A stretch of DNA of 64,000 nucleotides from Candidatus Yanofskybacteria bacterium (GTDB lineage: Bacteria > Patescibacteriota > Minisyncoccia > 2-02-FULL-40-12 > IGHO2-01-FULL-4-A), in contig JACOZV010000004.1 in assembly GCA_016181175.1 (NCBI GenBank), forward strand, positions 7,718 through 71,717, given 5' to 3'. The first letter of the stretch is position 1, and the number at the start of each line of letters is the position of its first letter. Under the pieces are notes generated by a model. It worked only from the letters and a program-made list of their open reading frames with translations. It did no database searches and was not told the origin of the DNA. Below, in pieces: positions 28,823-39,435 of this stretch. Made by a program: the position numbers and the translations under genes.

Positions 28823-31504
28823 CTAATCACATGAACCGGTTGAAGTGGCACAATTCGAACATGTGTAACACGAGCCAGCTCTTTTCATGATAGTACCGCA
28901 TCCACAAACCGGAGCATCGGTATCGACACCACTGATACCGCTTTTTTCTGATACGCTAACAGGTGTTTTATCATGTGGCGGTCCAAAAATTTCTTCCTGG
29001 TCTTCCTTTGAAAGAAACTTCTTGCCAAGCCATTTAAAAATGTAATCAACAATTGAACTTGCGAAACGTATTTCCTGATTTTCGGTTATACCCGCCGGCT
29101 CAAATCTCATGTCTTTAAACTTCTTAACCAGAACTTTTAGCGGCACGCCCGACTGCAGAGCTACCGAAATAAGGGTTGCAATGGTATCAACCAATCCAGA
29201 CACCGTGCTCCCTTCCTTTGCCATGACAATAAATGTTTCACCAGGAGATCCATCGGGATAAAGACCAACGGTCAAATATCCTTCATGGCCGCCGAGAGAA
29301 AACTTATGGGTTATCGCATCTCTTGTGTCAGGCAACTTTCTTCTCGTGTAATTGCCGATTGTCTGGACGAGATTACCGTCAGCAGTTTGTGGATTTACTG
29401 TCTTTTTTGTTTTTTCTTCGTCTGAAACATTCAACGGCTGAACGCTCTTACAACCATCGCGGTAAACGGCCACTGCTTTCAGGCCAAGTTTCCACGACTG
29501 TATAAATACATCGCGAATATTCTCCACCGTGGCACCACTGGGCAGATTGACGGTTTTAGAAATCGCACCGGAAATAAAGGGCTGAACGGCACCCATCATT
29601 TTGATATGACCCGCATAACCGATACTTCTAACACCGTTTTGTGCTTTGAACGAACAGTCAAAAACGGGCAGGTGTTCATCCTTTAGATACGGCGCGCCTT
29701 CTATGGTTTCCTTTTCCAAAATGTAATTTTTGATGTCAGAAACTTGCTGTTCATTGTAACCGAGTTTTTTAAGAGCCGCCGGCACTTGGTTATTTATCAA
29801 CTTAAGTGTTCCACCACCCACGAGTTTCTTATACTTAACCAAAGCCAATTCCGGTTCAACTCCGGTCGTATCACAATCCATCAGGAATGCAATAGTACCG
29901 GTCGGAGCCAATACTGTAGCTTGAGAATTCCGATAGCCAAATTTTTGCCCTAGCCCAAAAGCTTCTTTCCAAACACATTCAGATTCGCGCATAAGATGCG
30001 TCCGCTCACCAAATTGGTTTTGAAGTTTTATGGCAAATATGCCGTGCTTTTCTATAACTTTCAACATGTCTTCACGATTTAACTCATATCCGGCAAACGG
30101 GCCAGTTACTTCCGCAATTCTTGCAGACATGCAGTATGCCTCTCCGGTCATAATAGAGGTAATAGCGGCTGCCACGTCACGGCCAAAATCAGAATCGTAG
30201 GGCAAGCCCATATTCATTAAAAGACTACCGAGGTTAGCATAGCCCAATCCAAGTTCACGGAAAGCAAGAGCATTGGCGGTTATTTTTGGTGTTGGATAAG
30301 AAGAGTTGCCGACAATGATTTCTTGGGCAAGAATCATGGTATCCACGGCTTTTTTAAATGAAACAATGTCAAAACTGCCGTCATTATTCAGAAATTTAAC
30401 CAAGTTAAGCGAAGCTAAGTTACAAGCGCTATCATCCAAATGCATATACTCACTGCATGGGTTTGAAGCGTTAATTCTGCCGGTTTTCGGACAAGTATGC
30501 CAATCGTTAATTATGGTATCAAATTGCATACCCGGATCAGCAGAACGCCAGGCGGCATCCGCAATCCACCTCATGACCTCTCTTGCTTTTACCACCCTGA
30601 GTGTTTCTCCGGTGGTAACCGCTTTGAGTTCCCAATCTTCATCGGCATCAACCCGTCGCATAAATTCATTGCTTACACGCACGGAGTTATTAGCATTTTG
30701 ATAAGGTATCATGGTATATGGACTAAAAAGATCACCGTCAATTGAATTTTGAAAACCGCTGGCCTCTAAAGCCCTCACTTCATCTTCTGCTATTGTTTTA
30801 CAACAAATAAACTGCTTGATATCGGGATGGTCAACATTTAAAACTACCATTTTGGCGGCGCGTCTAGTTGTGCCGCCAGAACGTATCATGTTGGCAAATC
30901 CGTCAGCACCTTTCATAAATGAAACCGGACCAGAAGATCTGCCACCTCTAGATAATGGCTCCAGAGAAGACCTTAGTGGTGAAAGATTTACTCCACTTCC
31001 AGAACCACCCTTAAAAATCCAGCCCTCCTGCCTGCACCATTCAAAAATTGATTCCATACTGTCGTCTATGGATAGAATAAAACAGGCACTACACTGCGGT
31101 TTGTCATAAACTCCAACATTGAACCAGACTGGGCTGTTAAACGCCGCCCACTGATTTATCATCAAGAATTTTAGGTCCTGCCTGAAATTTTCAGCATCTT
31201 GTTCGGTTGCGAAATAGCTGTCCAATATGCCCCAAGCAGTGATTCTATCTACAACGCGATTAACCATCTGCCTGGCACTATTTTCTCTTTCTGATGATTC
31301 TAGTTTACCGCGAAAATATTTTGAAGCCACGATATTGGTCGCGGTCTGGCTCCAAAAATCTGGAACTTCAACACCGTCCTGTCTAAAAAAGATCTTGCCT
31401 TTTTCATTAGTAATTTCTGCCGTTCTTTTTTCCCATTTTATAGAATCATATGGATCGCCTTCACCAAATAAACGAGGCCACGAAAGGCCCTTATTTTTTT
31501 CCAT
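28823..31504 (-). CDS. nrdJ: class II (adenosylcobalamin-dependent) ribonucleotide reductase
   Basis: NPCSEYMHLDDSACNLASLNL is the active-site Cys loop. The C-terminal Cys-rich zinc ribbon is CGCGTIMKRAGSCYTCSNC. Confidence 0.85.
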   Translation of the reverse strand: MEKNKGLSWPRLFGEGDPYDSIKWEKRTAEITNEKGKIFFRQDGVEVPDFWSQTATNIVASKYFRGKLESSERENSARQMVNRVVDRITAWGILDSYFATEQDAENFRQDLKFLMINQWAAFNSPVWFNVGVYDKPQCSACFILSIDDSMESIFEWCRQEGWIFKGGSGSGVNLSPLRSSLEPLSRGGRSSGPVSFMKGADGFANMIRSGGTTRRAAKMVVLNVDHPDIKQFICCKTIAEDEVRALEASGFQNSIDGDLFSPYTMIPYQNANNSVRVSNEFMRRVDADEDWELKAVTTGETLRVVKAREVMRWIADAAWRSADPGMQFDTIINDWHTCPKTGRINASNPCSEYMHLDDSACNLASLNLVKFLNNDGSFDIVSFKKAVDTMILAQEIIVGNSSYPTPKITANALAFRELGLGYANLGSLLMNMGLPYDSDFGRDVAAAITSIMTGEAYCMSARIAEVTGPFAGYELNREDMLKVIEKHGIFAIKLQNQFGERTHLMRESECVWKEAFGLGQKFGYRNSQATVLAPTGTIAFLMDCDTTGVEPELALVKYKKLVGGGTLKLINNQVPAALKKLGYNEQQVSDIKNYILEKETIEGAPYLKDEHLPVFDCSFKAQNGVRSIGYAGHIKMMGAVQPFISGAISKTVNLPSGATVENIRDVFIQSWKLGLKAVAVYRDGCKSVQPLNVSDEEKTKKTVNPQTADGNLVQTIGNYTRRKLPDTRDAITHKFSLGGHEGYLTVGLYPDGSPGETFIVMAKEGSTVSGLVDTIATLISVALQSGVPLKVLVKKFKDMRFEPAGITENQEIRFASSIVDYIFKWLGKKFLSKEDQEEIFGPPHDKTPVSVSEKSGISGVDTDAPVCGCGTIMKRAGSCYTCSNCATSTGSCD

Positions 31505-31652
31505 TTCTACTCCTTTTGTTAACGAACAAAAATGTAGTTGGAATTATAGCAGTCTAAAAAATATGCGTCAAATTAATCCGACTAACACGATACGATTGAT
31601 TTTTTTTCTATGAAGCCTATGCTTTAAATAACTTGGTCTTTTAAAATATTTA

Positions 31653-32789
31653 GTGGAGATAGTCATGGCAAATAAAATGCGCGTGGGAACTCTTTTAAAC
31701 ACCTTCAAGCTAATACCCAAAATTTTGCAAGATACGCTTTTTTCCGACCCGCACCTTCATCATCCGCTACTGCGGCGGCGAATGGGCAATATCTTGCTCA
31801 AATTGGGCGGGCGATGTTTAAGCGGCATTTACCACGGTCCGCAAATGCCCCCGGAAAAATTGCTTTCAATGTTTAACCTTGAAAACCAAATTGAAGAATT
31901 GAGGAATGCCGGCGCGGAACATTTTGAACTTGATGACGACATAGTTTTCCTAAGACCCGAGATTACACAGTGGTGGCAAAATAAAATACCCTATTTGAGC
32001 CAGCTCAAAGATGAAGGCATAACCTTCAGCGAACACTTATCGCAATTCGGCGGATTGCAAGTTGATTCATTTATACCGGAAATCAGACAAGCTTCAGTCC
32101 AGGCGATAGGTAGAATGGTAAAACTTTTTGAACCGTTACAACCGCTTAATTATGTCCTGCATCTTGGCGGAGACAGATTTTTCCGCTACTTGAATACCCA
32201 TGCCATTGATCCTGTTTTAAGGCAAGAACTTGATAAAATATTCCCCCATTCACCTCTTAAAAAATATGCTCTGCGCAAATTTATACAGGGCTTAGTTTGG
32301 TGGACACAGCATCACGTCAATGACACTATCGTAGTTCCCTCTGTTTTGGAAACAATGAAAGAATTAAAAAAAATAATCCCCGCTCAAAACATTTGTTTGG
32401 AAAACCTGGAACACAGCGACTTTGATATGATGGCCGATATTGTTACCAAACAAATAGATGCCAGGATTTGTTTTGACGTAGGACATGACGTAATCAGGAA
32501 CGGCTTTGAACATCCCAAGCGATTTATTTTGAAATACGGACACAAGATCGCCCAATTGCACCTGCACGATATCCGCGTCATTGCCAGCACCATTTACCCG
32601 TCGGGGTATAAAGAGCCGGTTTATCAAGACCACAAGCCGCTTGGTGATGGGTCTCTTAACCTTAAAAATAATATCTTGATACCGCTAAAAGAAGTCGGGT
32701 TTTCTGGCCCGATTGTCATAGAAGATTATTACCACGACCCACTACCATCAGTAAAAATTCTAAGAAAAGCAATTGATGAAATAAGCTAG
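31653..32789 (+). CDS. sugar phosphate isomerase/epimerase family (xylose-isomerase-like TIM barrel) protein
   Basis: CFDVGHD...LHLHD...DHKPLGDG is a metal-binding pattern. Confidence 0.55.
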   Translation: MEIVMANKMRVGTLLNTFKLIPKILQDTLFSDPHLHHPLLRRRMGNILLKLGGRCLSGIYHGPQMPPEKLLSMFNLENQIEELRNAGAEHFELDDDIVFLRPEITQWWQNKIPYLSQLKDEGITFSEHLSQFGGLQVDSFIPEIRQASVQAIGRMVKLFEPLQPLNYVLHLGGDRFFRYLNTHAIDPVLRQELDKIFPHSPLKKYALRKFIQGLVWWTQHHVNDTIVVPSVLETMKELKKIIPAQNICLENLEHSDFDMMADIVTKQIDARICFDVGHDVIRNGFEHPKRFILKYGHKIAQLHLHDIRVIASTIYPSGYKEPVYQDHKPLGDGSLNLKNNILIPLKEVGFSGPIVIEDYYHDPLPSVKILRKAIDEIS

Positions 32790-32798
32790 TTGAATGCC

Positions 32799-32845
32799 GC
32801 CATAACAGGCGGTTTTTTTATTAAAAAAAACCGCCTGTTATGGGG
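32799..32845. terminator. bidirectional terminator, 13-bp stem ccataacaggcgg / ccgcctgttatgg with T7/A8 loop
   Basis: Read directly between convergent genes. Confidence 0.75.
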
Positions 32846-32851
32846 CGGAGG

Positions 32852-34345
32852 TTAAAACCCATGAAGGAATGCTCTCAATGCTAAGTTGGTCAAACCGTTA
32901 TACGGAAGCCACCACGGTTCCTTTGTCTTAAAAAACGGCAAATGGAAAAACGGGTGGTCGTGCCAAACAATAGTCTTGGGTTTTCCGAATCGCTGAATAC
33001 CGGTTCGGCCGTGCCGCGGCAAACCGCCGTATTGGGACGTACTCCCCTTCCGACCGCATTGCGGCGCGTCAGTTATAAACCAGTTTATCATCGCGTCATT
33101 GCCGACAACATTGCCAGCCTGAATATATCCGGCTATTTCATAAAATAATTTCTTGTTTTTGGTAAAAACGGAAGCATTCAAACCCAAATGAGAATCATTG
33201 GCCAAAGAGATGGCTTCTCCGATGTCATCAAATTCCATGAATGGCATTACGGGACCAAAGGTCTCTTCTTTCATCACAGACATCGAATGATCCGTGGGAT
33301 ATAAAATTGCCGGAGTCAGCCAGTTGCCACCATCGCGCAACCGATCTGGCAATTCTTTCCTCCAACAAACATGGGCTCCGGCTTTTTTGACGTCCTCAAT
33401 TTGTTTTTCCACAACATCAAATTGAGCTCTTGTAATCATGGGACCATAATCTCTGCCGGGTTTAAGATCATAGTGCACAATCTGAATGACATAAGACAAA
33501 ATGGCGTGTAAAACTTCTTTGTGAACGTAAATCCTTTCAAACGATTTGCAATATTGACCTGAATTTGCAATTGCACCGTACACCAGTGCTTGGGCAGTAC
33601 GCCGTAAATCCGCATCGGGCAGGACGATTGCCGGCGCCTTGCCGCCCATTTCTAAATTGGGTATGAAGCCGCGAGACTGGCAAATTTCAGCAACTTTTTT
33701 GCCGGTTTTACATGAACCGGTAAAACTAATGTGATCCGCAACTTGGCAAAGTTTCGCTCCAATATCGCCGTAACCCAATAGCACTTGCATCAAGCCCGCA
33801 GGAAAACCGACATTTTTCATAATTTCTTCCAGCTTTAAGGCCGTCAAGGGCGTATATTCAGACGGCTTCCAGATAACCGCGCTGCCAAGAAATAATGCCG
33901 GAAAAATATCTGCCGCCGGAATAGCCAAAGGCAAATTCCATGGAGTAATTACCCCCACAAGCTGATGCGGTTCAAAGAAGACCTTCGCATTTTTATTTGA
34001 TAAAAATACGTGATTAGAAACATGCTCGCAGGCATAAGCTTCACCCCTCCGCTCAAGCTCATGAATTTCGGCAACAGCGGATATCACGTCAACCATCGCA
34101 TCCGGCCAAGTTTTTCCCGTTTCTGATTGATTCGGCTCGACTAATTCATGATATTTTTTTTGAATATGGCGTTTCAGTTTCTTGAAAAGTTTCAATCGAT
34201 CGGAAAAGGAAACTTTTTGCCATTTTATTTGAGCCTTTCTGCCTTCACGCACAAAAAAATCCAATATAGTTTCATCATGACAAACAATTTCTCTAAATAC
34301 CTTGCCAGTGGCAGGATTAGTTACAACAATAGATTCATGGGTCAT
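32852..34345 (-). CDS. aldehyde dehydrogenase family protein
   Basis: FTGSCKTGKKV, LEMGGKAP, GQYCKS and EETFGPV motifs. Confidence 0.8.
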   Translation of the reverse strand: MTHESIVVTNPATGKVFREIVCHDETILDFFVREGRKAQIKWQKVSFSDRLKLFKKLKRHIQKKYHELVEPNQSETGKTWPDAMVDVISAVAEIHELERRGEAYACEHVSNHVFLSNKNAKVFFEPHQLVGVITPWNLPLAIPAADIFPALFLGSAVIWKPSEYTPLTALKLEEIMKNVGFPAGLMQVLLGYGDIGAKLCQVADHISFTGSCKTGKKVAEICQSRGFIPNLEMGGKAPAIVLPDADLRRTAQALVYGAIANSGQYCKSFERIYVHKEVLHAILSYVIQIVHYDLKPGRDYGPMITRAQFDVVEKQIEDVKKAGAHVCWRKELPDRLRDGGNWLTPAILYPTDHSMSVMKEETFGPVMPFMEFDDIGEAISLANDSHLGLNASVFTKNKKLFYEIAGYIQAGNVVGNDAMINWFITDAPQCGRKGSTSQYGGLPRHGRTGIQRFGKPKTIVWHDHPFFHLPFFKTKEPWWLPYNGLTNLALRAFLHGF

Positions 34346-34525
34346 TTTGTCTCTTTTTTATTAAAGATCAAATTCTAACCGCAGTCTATTTTAAACATAT
34401 ATAAAAAACAAGGGGGAAGTTACAATTTGACCCCGCCCTTGAAAAGGACGGGCGGGGTTTACAAAATATCAATAATAGTAAAGAATGATGACAACTTGAT
34501 AGCACATTAAAAAGGTAGGTAAAGT

Positions 34526-35593
34526 ATGTCAGAAACAAAAAAACCAACTGCTTTGGTAACCGGCGCCTACGGATTTGTGGGGCCGCATATGATAAAACTG
34601 CTGATAGATAATGGCTTTGGGGTCATAGCCACAGACCATCCAAATGCTAAACCCAAACCATTGCCTTATAATGTGGAATATCAACCGTGCGATCTGGCAA
34701 ATTTTTCAGATGTGGCCTCGTTGATTGCTAAACATAGACCAAACGTTGAATTCCTCGTTGCTTCTATTTTTAGATACGATGTTCCGCGAGAAAAAATTCT
34801 AAAGACCAATCACGCTATCATGAGAAATTGCTTAGAAGCAACGCGAAAATACAATCCTGATGTTCAACATATTGTGGCTTGGATTTCAGCATCCGTTTAT
34901 GGAGAAAGTTTCCGCAAGTCAAAGAACGTAAACGAAGGACATATAATCATTGATCAGCCTCTTTCAGAAAACTCACCAATGCGTCCTCGAAACGCCTACG
35001 AAGAATCAAAGGCATTACAACACATGATTTGCCAAGAATATGAAGATCTTCCTATAACCGAAATTTTTCCGATGGCAATTTACGGACCGGGTGGTAACTA
35101 TGGAGCAATGGTGATCATTGACATGATGGCCAAAAACCAGCTCCCGGGTTTTCCGTGCGGTGGCAAAAATAGAATTAGTTTGGTACATGTCTCGGATGTA
35201 TGCAGGGCGGCGCTTTTCCTTGCTAAACGCCAAGATACAATTGGAAAATGCTTTAATCTTGGCGACCGCTCCAGCTATACCATTAAAGATTTGATGCTGT
35301 GGCTAAAAAAGGAGTTTGAACGGGTAGGAATCAGGGTCGATCTTTTCCCGGTTAGCTATCCGATGTGGCTGATGAAGTTTTTCGCATGGCAATCAGAAAG
35401 AATCGCACGAAAATATAATCACCCGCCATTAGTTCAACGCGATTTCTTGGGCTACTTTGAACGTGGTTATAACTTTTTGGTTAGTTCTGAGTCTATTCGT
35501 AACCTTGGATTTAGATTTCAATATAATGACCCGCTACTTGATGGTGGCCTGCGTGAAACAATTGAATGGATGAGGGAGGAGGGACTGATATGA
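34526..35593 (+). CDS. NAD-dependent epimerase/dehydratase (extended SDR)
   Basis: ALVTGAYGFVGPHMIKLL is a Rossmann motif; YEESK is the catalytic YxxxK. Confidence 0.75.
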   Translation: MSETKKPTALVTGAYGFVGPHMIKLLIDNGFGVIATDHPNAKPKPLPYNVEYQPCDLANFSDVASLIAKHRPNVEFLVASIFRYDVPREKILKTNHAIMRNCLEATRKYNPDVQHIVAWISASVYGESFRKSKNVNEGHIIIDQPLSENSPMRPRNAYEESKALQHMICQEYEDLPITEIFPMAIYGPGGNYGAMVIIDMMAKNQLPGFPCGGKNRISLVHVSDVCRAALFLAKRQDTIGKCFNLGDRSSYTIKDLMLWLKKEFERVGIRVDLFPVSYPMWLMKFFAWQSERIARKYNHPPLVQRDFLGYFERGYNFLVSSESIRNLGFRFQYNDPLLDGGLRETIEWMREEGLI

Positions 35594-36312
35594 TTATTAT
35601 GTTATTGATGGTTCTTGCCAGTATCGGCATTGTTCTTACGGCTGAACGGCACGCAACAACACGCGGTGTAATACGAGGGCTCGCTCAAGCGTATACTCCC
35701 GGCACTTGCCATAGCTTCCTACTTGATATACCAATTCTTCTGCCGCTTGTCGGCTTACTGGTCGAAGTCCTGGCAAGACGCATAAATAGTCTAAGGGCTC
35801 TGGCAATTTTCCCAACCATAACTTCACTCATATTCTTGTTTGCTGGATTTTTTTTGCAAAATAACTTTTTAATGATTTTAGCCTTCATTCTCTATTGCCC
35901 ATTTGTTCCTGGATTATTGTTTGGAGGAAAAACTTGGCTATGGTGGACAATGCGCCAAACACCGCTATATTATACGGCGCTTGTGATTTTCTTGACGATT
36001 TCCGGTTCTCTTTATGTTGATTACATTAATTTTTCATTTCTGACGCCACTACTCGGCCATGCCGAAGCATGGAGTGGAAATCACTTTATGTGGAATTCCG
36101 GGATTGAGGTTGTGGGGTTCAACCCACTTATTGACACGACTGTGCCGACTTACAAAAACTTCCTGGGTTCCTGGAACCTTCTTGCTCTTGTTTTATTTCT
36201 CACCTATCCCTTTGTCATGATAGGTGCCGGCACCAGAATTCATGGATTAATTTTCGGCTATAGTGAAAAACAGACCGGCATTTCCGCTTTATTTTTAGAA
36301 CGCAAAACCTAA
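35566..36312 (+). CDS. hypothetical polytopic membrane protein
   Basis: Multiple TM helices; overlaps the end of the epimerase gene. Confidence 0.5.
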   Translation: MDEGGGTDMIIMLLMVLASIGIVLTAERHATTRGVIRGLAQAYTPGTCHSFLLDIPILLPLVGLLVEVLARRINSLRALAIFPTITSLIFLFAGFFLQNNFLMILAFILYCPFVPGLLFGGKTWLWWTMRQTPLYYTALVIFLTISGSLYVDYINFSFLTPLLGHAEAWSGNHFMWNSGIEVVGFNPLIDTTVPTYKNFLGSWNLLALVLFLTYPFVMIGAGTRIHGLIFGYSEKQTGISALFLERKT

Positions 36313-36337
36313 TCGGGATAAAAACCCGATTTTTTTA
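36312..36337 (+). terminator. terminator atcggg-ataaaaa-cccgat + T7
   Basis: Read directly. Confidence 0.7.
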
Positions 36338-36417
36338 TTAGCCTTTACAAGTTTCGCAATTCGGCGTATTTTTTAGATGAATTATTTGGGTTCTTTTAAA
36401 ATAAGCGGGAGAAAACC

Positions 36418-38400
36418 ATGAAAGATATTCAAAGAATAGCTGTTTTTGGCGCTGGAACTATGGGTTTGGGTATTGCCCAAAACGCCCTGCAAAGCGGCTT
36501 TGATGTTTACCTTTATGATGTTTTTTCGTCAATGGCAAAAAATAAAAATAATAGCGGACCGTTTGAAATTGCGTATCAGGAAACGATTCAAGATTTTAAA
36601 AGAAGACTCTGGCTTGCGCTTTTTTTGGCTAAAGGATCAGATAGCCGGCTCTTATACTATTCCAAGGAAGCCGTAAACTCGGCTTTGAGCCGTATCCAAT
36701 TTTTTGATTCAAGCAATTTAGACTCACTAACTTTGGCCGATTTTATCATAGAAGCAATTTTCGAAGATTCAGAAACCAAAATGAAACTCTACGAAGCGGT
36801 GACCGAAAAAATCGACGACAGTATTCCAATAGCTTCAAACACTTCAACCATAAAAATTGAGACTCTGGCTCAAGCCGTAAAAAATCCACAGAGATTTCTG
36901 GGGATGCACTTTTTTAACCCAGTACCAAAAATGCATTTGGTTGAATTGGTTTTTTCCAAATACACCAACAAGGTAACAGCGGATTCGGCAATTTTCTTGG
37001 CTTCCGCCTTGGGTAAAACCCACGTTATCGCCCCAGATATTCCGGGTTTTATCGTAAATCGGGTTGCACTGCCCATGCTAATGACCACCTTTGAAGTTTT
37101 GTCTGAAAGCACAACTCCCCAAGACATAGACGGAGCTTTTACAAGCGGGGAATGGTTCAAAGATCAAAAGTCATTAAGGATTATGAAGGCTATGGCTAAT
37201 TCTGTTTCAGAGCTCGCAAAAGAAACCGGCTGTAGCATGGATGCCATTGACAAGGCTTTACGATTGGGCTTAAACTGGCCCGTCAAAGCTTCGGAATTGG
37301 ATCGGCTCCTGTCGCTATCGACCGATAAACTTGAAGAACAAAAAGAAGAACTCAAATTCAGGATGGGGCCGGTAATGTTCAGCGATTTAGTTGGCAATGA
37401 TGTCAGCTTAGACGCATTAAAGTCATTCCAAAAACAAGAACCGGAAAAACACTGGTCTATTCCGCCGCTACTTGCAAAAATGGTAGCGGAAAAAAAACTG
37501 GGAATGAAAACCGGAAACGGTTTTTACGAATACAGATCAGGGGTCAGGCTTGATAACCTGGGTGATGGCTACTGGCAAATTACCTTCGGCGATGGCCGAA
37601 GCAACCTTTTGTCGTCATCAATCGTAAAACAACTCCGTGAAGCATTTGAATCGTTAAGAAGCCAAAAAGACATTCGAGCCGTTTTTATTGGAGCCAACGG
37701 ACCGGTAAACGGTGCGAACATCAAAGAGTTTCCCTTGTGTCTGCAAAGTGTTGAGCAAGCACAAAAAGCAGTAAACGAATTCAACGATTTGCTTAAAACC
37801 ATTGAGGATTTTCCGGCTCTAGTTGTCGCGATCATTCGCCAGCGTGCTTTGGGCGGCGGCTACGAATTGGCTCTGGCTTGCGACCGGATTGTCGCCACAA
37901 AAGACAGCCAAATCGGTTTGCCAGAAGTAACCTTGGGTATTATGCCTGGTGCAGGAGGCACGCAAAGGTTGCCTCGCCGCGCCGGAAGGGTTCGTGCTAT
38001 TAACCTAATACTTTCCGGCAGACTCGAAAAAGCCGAACCTCCATTTGTCGATTTCGTTTTATCAACAATAGAACCGCGATTTTTAAAATTACTGTTTGCG
38101 CAACCTTACAAGCCAATCAAACAATCAAAGAACGGACCGCTTAACGAAATGTTTAGCGACAAACTGGCGGCTCTCAAAGAAATACTAAAAATATGGCTGG
38201 GTTGGAAAGTAAAAGGCATGACACCACCTAAATCTTTTGCGTCGGCGTGTCAAACAATAATTCGTGGCAGTAGAAAAACTCTTGAAGAAGGACTGCTATG
38301 TGAAAAAAACGCAATTTTAGAATCTTTCCAAAGCCGTGATGCCGAAGAAGGGATCAGAGCTTTTCTTGAAAAACGTAAACCTAAATTTACCGGACAATAA
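36418..38400 (+). CDS. 3-hydroxyacyl-CoA dehydrogenase (N-terminal) / enoyl-CoA hydratase (C-terminal) fusion protein
   Basis: The N-terminus is IAVFGAGTMGLGIAQ (NAD-binding HCDH). The C-terminus is ALGGGYELALACDRIVAT (crotonase fold). The domain order is the reverse of FadB. Confidence 0.75.
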   Translation: MKDIQRIAVFGAGTMGLGIAQNALQSGFDVYLYDVFSSMAKNKNNSGPFEIAYQETIQDFKRRLWLALFLAKGSDSRLLYYSKEAVNSALSRIQFFDSSNLDSLTLADFIIEAIFEDSETKMKLYEAVTEKIDDSIPIASNTSTIKIETLAQAVKNPQRFLGMHFFNPVPKMHLVELVFSKYTNKVTADSAIFLASALGKTHVIAPDIPGFIVNRVALPMLMTTFEVLSESTTPQDIDGAFTSGEWFKDQKSLRIMKAMANSVSELAKETGCSMDAIDKALRLGLNWPVKASELDRLLSLSTDKLEEQKEELKFRMGPVMFSDLVGNDVSLDALKSFQKQEPEKHWSIPPLLAKMVAEKKLGMKTGNGFYEYRSGVRLDNLGDGYWQITFGDGRSNLLSSSIVKQLREAFESLRSQKDIRAVFIGANGPVNGANIKEFPLCLQSVEQAQKAVNEFNDLLKTIEDFPALVVAIIRQRALGGGYELALACDRIVATKDSQIGLPEVTLGIMPGAGGTQRLPRRAGRVRAINLILSGRLEKAEPPFVDFVLSTIEPRFLKLLFAQPYKPIKQSKNGPLNEMFSDKLAALKEILKIWLGWKVKGMTPPKSFASACQTIIRGSRKTLEEGLLCEKNAILESFQSRDAEEGIRAFLEKRKPKFTGQ

Positions 38401-38422
38401 AACCTGCAAAAGCAGGTTTTTA
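38401..38422. terminator. terminator aacctgc-aaaa-gcaggtt + TTT
   Basis: Read directly. Confidence 0.65.
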
Positions 38423-38441
38423 ATTTAGCTATTTTTCCAGA

Positions 38442-38960
38442 TTATTCTGACAATCCTGGTCTGTTTTGTTCTATAAAATCCGTTACTTTTGTAGAATTCT
38501 CGTTGCTTAAAATTTGCATGAGCAATTCATCTTCTATAAAAATCGGTGAATTAAAATGTAATGCCATGGCAACCGCATCGCTGGGCCTACTATCTATAAT
38601 TTTCTCTTCCTCGCCTTGTTGACAGTAAATCTCGGCAAAATATGTTGCATCCTCGTCAATTCTGGTAATAACGACTTTGTTTATCTTTATACCCCAATCA
38701 ACAAGAGTATTTTTAAAAAGATCGTGCGTTAGCGGTCTTAAAGTAGCAGCACCCTCAAGTAACAAAGAAATGGCTACATACACAGACTCGTCTATCCAGA
38801 TCGGAAATGTGGAATTTGTTAGTTTGTCCCGAGGCAAAAGAATATAGTGAATTTCTAGGGGCTGATCTTCCTCCTCTTGGCCATCCTTAACCTGGCTGTT
38901 TTTTATGTAACCCTTTATGATTACGGGAGAACTTAAATCAACTATTAACTCTCTCAGCAT
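38442..38960 (-). CDS. bifunctional nuclease family protein (BFN/DUF151)
   Basis: DSRPSDAVAMALHFNSPIFIEDEL matches the D-(A/S)-RPSDA-(I/V)-ALA core. Confidence 0.65.
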   Translation of the reverse strand: MLRELIVDLSSPVIIKGYIKNSQVKDGQEEEDQPLEIHYILLPRDKLTNSTFPIWIDESVYVAISLLLEGAATLRPLTHDLFKNTLVDWGIKINKVVITRIDEDATYFAEIYCQQGEEEKIIDSRPSDAVAMALHFNSPIFIEDELLMQILSNENSTKVTDFIEQNRPGLSE

Positions 38961-39044
38961 TTTGCTTCCTTATTTTAATGAACGAGTAATTAGTTGATGT
39001 AAGAGTATCACTGGTGTTTCTTGCTGTCCAACATTGGTTAGTGT

Positions 39045-39266
39045 TTAAAAACTTATTTCAAAAATTTTGTTTCTTTTTTTTGCGCCACTGATTAGCCTGA
39101 TTTTAGCCGATGACATTTTAAAATACGAAATTAGAGCGGGCACAACCGCTTTGTTGGCTAAACCTCGTTCGGCTTTTTCCTTTACCCTAACTTCCAAGCT
39201 ATCCTCTGACTTTTTTATGATTCCTGTTTTCTTTGAGCCGACGAAAACCTTTACTTTAATCAACAA
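39045..39266 (-). CDS. DUF167 (YggU/UPF0235) family protein
   Basis: KVKVFVGSKKTGI...LEVRVKEKAERGLANKAVVPALISYFK...IRLISGAKKRNKIFEI. Confidence 0.6.
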   Translation of the reverse strand: MLIKVKVFVGSKKTGIIKKSEDSLEVRVKEKAERGLANKAVVPALISYFKMSSAKIRLISGAKKRNKIFEISF

Positions 39267-39270
39267 TTTA

Positions 39271-39405
39271 TTATTTGCCTTTTATCTTTTTCCAAAGCCA
39301 AAAACCAAGAAGCACTAAGTCAATAAGAATAACAGCTGAAAAAAGTGATGCAAACAAACCAAAACCGCCTCCCCAGCCCATCATGTTTCCCCAATAACCC
39401 ATCAT
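39271..39405 (-). CDS. unlisted small membrane peptide (44 aa, Gly/Trp-rich then TM)
   Basis: MMGYWGNMMGWGGGFGLFASLFSAVILIDLVLLGFWLWKKIKGK, preceded by a strong RBS (aagggggtgcatctac-ATG). It is below the 60-aa ORF cutoff. Confidence 0.4.
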   Translation of the reverse strand: MMGYWGNMMGWGGGFGLFASLFSAVILIDLVLLGFWLWKKIKGK

Positions 39406-39435
39406 GTAGATGCACCCCCTTTCGTTTTAGCCATT

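Noticed and set aside
31505-31652. Cobalamin riboswitch or NrdR box upstream of nrdJ
   Set aside because: B12 riboswitches control B12-independent isozymes, not nrdJ. No B12-box or 16-bp NrdR palindrome was found; there is only a short ttgtt-aacg-aacaa motif next to the RBS.
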